Shown here in pieces: positions 62,398 through 64,000 of a stretch of DNA of 64,000 nt. Position numbers and translations under genes: made by a program. Origin of the DNA: Anaeramoeba ignava BMAN (taxonomy: Eukaryota > Protista > Anaeramoebae); contig JAPDFW010000013.1 of NCBI GenBank assembly GCA_028826165.1, forward strand, positions 1-64,000, written 5' to 3'. The notes under the pieces were generated by a model that saw only the letters and a list, made by a program, of their open reading frames with translations, did no database searches and was not told the DNA's origin. Within the stretch, counting starts at the first letter, position 1. The number at the start of each line of letters is the position of its first letter.

Positions 62398-64000
62398 ATG
62401 AATGAAATTTTATTTTTTGGTCAAAATCAATATCCAAAACTTATCAAAAATGAATCAAATAAAATAACAAAGCCAATACAATTTAAATTTGAAAATGAAA
62501 ATGAAAATGAAAATGAAAATGAAAATGAAAATGAAAATGAAAATGAAAATGAAAAACAAATTAAACAAATTTCATCAGGTTATTTTTCAACAATTTTCCT
62601 TTTTAAAAATGGAAAAAGCAATAGAATATTTAGACGAAAATGATTCAAATCAAAATCCTGAAAAAATCCAAATTGAAGAAAATATTCAAAAAGTATCTGC
62701 TGGTGTTCAAAATGAAGCTATTTTAACAATAGAAGGAAATGTATTTGCAAAAGGAAAATATATTAGTTCAAAAAATCCAAATGAATTTATCAATATTTCA
62801 TCATTAATTGAATATAAAAATGATAGAATAATTCAAGATATTATTTCTGGAGTTAGTTCAATTTACTTATTAACTTCAAATCAAAATGTTTATGGAATTG
62901 GTTCAAATCAATATGGTCAACTTGGTTTTGATTATCAAACACTTTCAAAAACAGAAAAACCAATTTTAATGATGAAAAATGTTTCTAAAATATTTTTAGG
63001 AAATTCCTCATATTCCGTTTTTCTTTTAAATTCAAATCAAGAATTATTTGGATGCGGAAATAATTTTTATGGTCAACTTGGATTAGGAGAATCAAGAAAA
63101 GAAGACAAAAGAAATCCAAAAATTAACACAAATCCAAAATATTCCAAAAGGTAAAATAATTGATATTCAATGTGGAAATTATCCTTCAATAATGTTGATT
63201 GAAAATGAAAATGAAAATGAAAATCCAAAAAGAAAACTTTATTTATGTGGATATTCTAAATATAATGGACTTGGCAAAAATGAAGATACTTATGAATTTA
63301 CTGAAATCAAATCATCTTTATTTGAAAATGATGATAATATTCTTGATTTTTCTTGTGGAAATGGGCATACTTTAATTTTAACTTCAAATTCAAAATTATT
63401 AGGATTTGGATATAATTATTTTGGTCAATTAGGAACTGGAGATACAAAAGATCAATCAATTCCAATTCAAATTGAACTTCCTAAATTAAGATTTAATGAA
63501 AATATTTACAATTATCATATTTCTTGTGGATATCATAAATCATTTATTTATTATTCTCCTCTTTCTTTTTCCAATCTTGAAGAAGATTTGATAAAACTAT
63601 TTAAAAGAAAAGAATTTTGTGATATTTCATTTAAAACCAAAAATGGAGAAATAATCAAAGCTCATAAATTAATATTAAAATATAGATTAAATCAAAATGA
63701 AATTGAAAAACTTAAAGAAATTATTTCAAATAAATCAATTAAAGAATCAAATCAAATATTTGAAATGATTTATTCAAACAATTCCAAAATAAATCCAAAA
63801 TTATATTCTGAAATTAAAGAAATTATAAATTCAAATGAAAAAATTGAAGAAACAATGAAAAGAATTTATTTAAATGAAAATGAAAATGAAAATGAAAAAG
63901 ATTTTATAATTGAAAGAAAAGAAAAACAATATAAATTTCCAAAATTAATATTAATAATGAGAAGTGAATTATATCGAGGAATGTTTTTATCTGTAACAGA
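62398..64000 (+). CDS. RCC1-BTB protein, dispersed 9th copy (frameshifts ~62617 and ~63110), runs off the window end
   Basis: MNEILFFGQNQYPKLIK.. is homologous to the array copies through ..IMRSELYRGMFLSVT. Confidence 0.85.

Overview
This is extremely AT-rich, gene-dense eukaryotic DNA with GT-AG introns and the standard code plus selenocysteine. The (GAAAAT)n/(CAAAAT)n-derived EN/QN tracts and the large BTB-protein expansion resemble an anaerobic protist such as the metamonad Anaeramoeba; that assignment is inference only. Housekeeping genes include WDR18/Ipi3, a Chk2-like FHA kinase, a GATAD1-like protein, FAM98, prefoldin 1, Arf6, NSRP1, a TRAPPC14-like protein, ALG13, LC8, UCH37 and an Elongin A-like protein. 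About 14 BTB genes are present: 3 BTB-TLDc, 2 ankyrin-BTB and 9 RCC1-BTB, 8 of the last in one tandem array. The ORF track misses three main things. (1) Two adjacent, co-oriented selenoprotein genes on the minus strand: a SelW/Rdx-type CGGU protein (57418-55613) and a SelK-like GGGUGGGNC protein (55314-53164). Each is split by a 1.5-1.9 kb intron filled with a 12-mer satellite, and each has its own SECIS hairpin. (2) A candidate box C/D snoRNA at 51751-51925. (3) In the RCC1-BTB array, a tandem 3' tail duplication that may switch a KKEKCLIF CaaX prenylation signal on or off between paralogues with hypervariable propeller loops. Many ORF breaks sit in homopolymer runs and are probably long-read assembly errors. 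All splice models were derived by eye.
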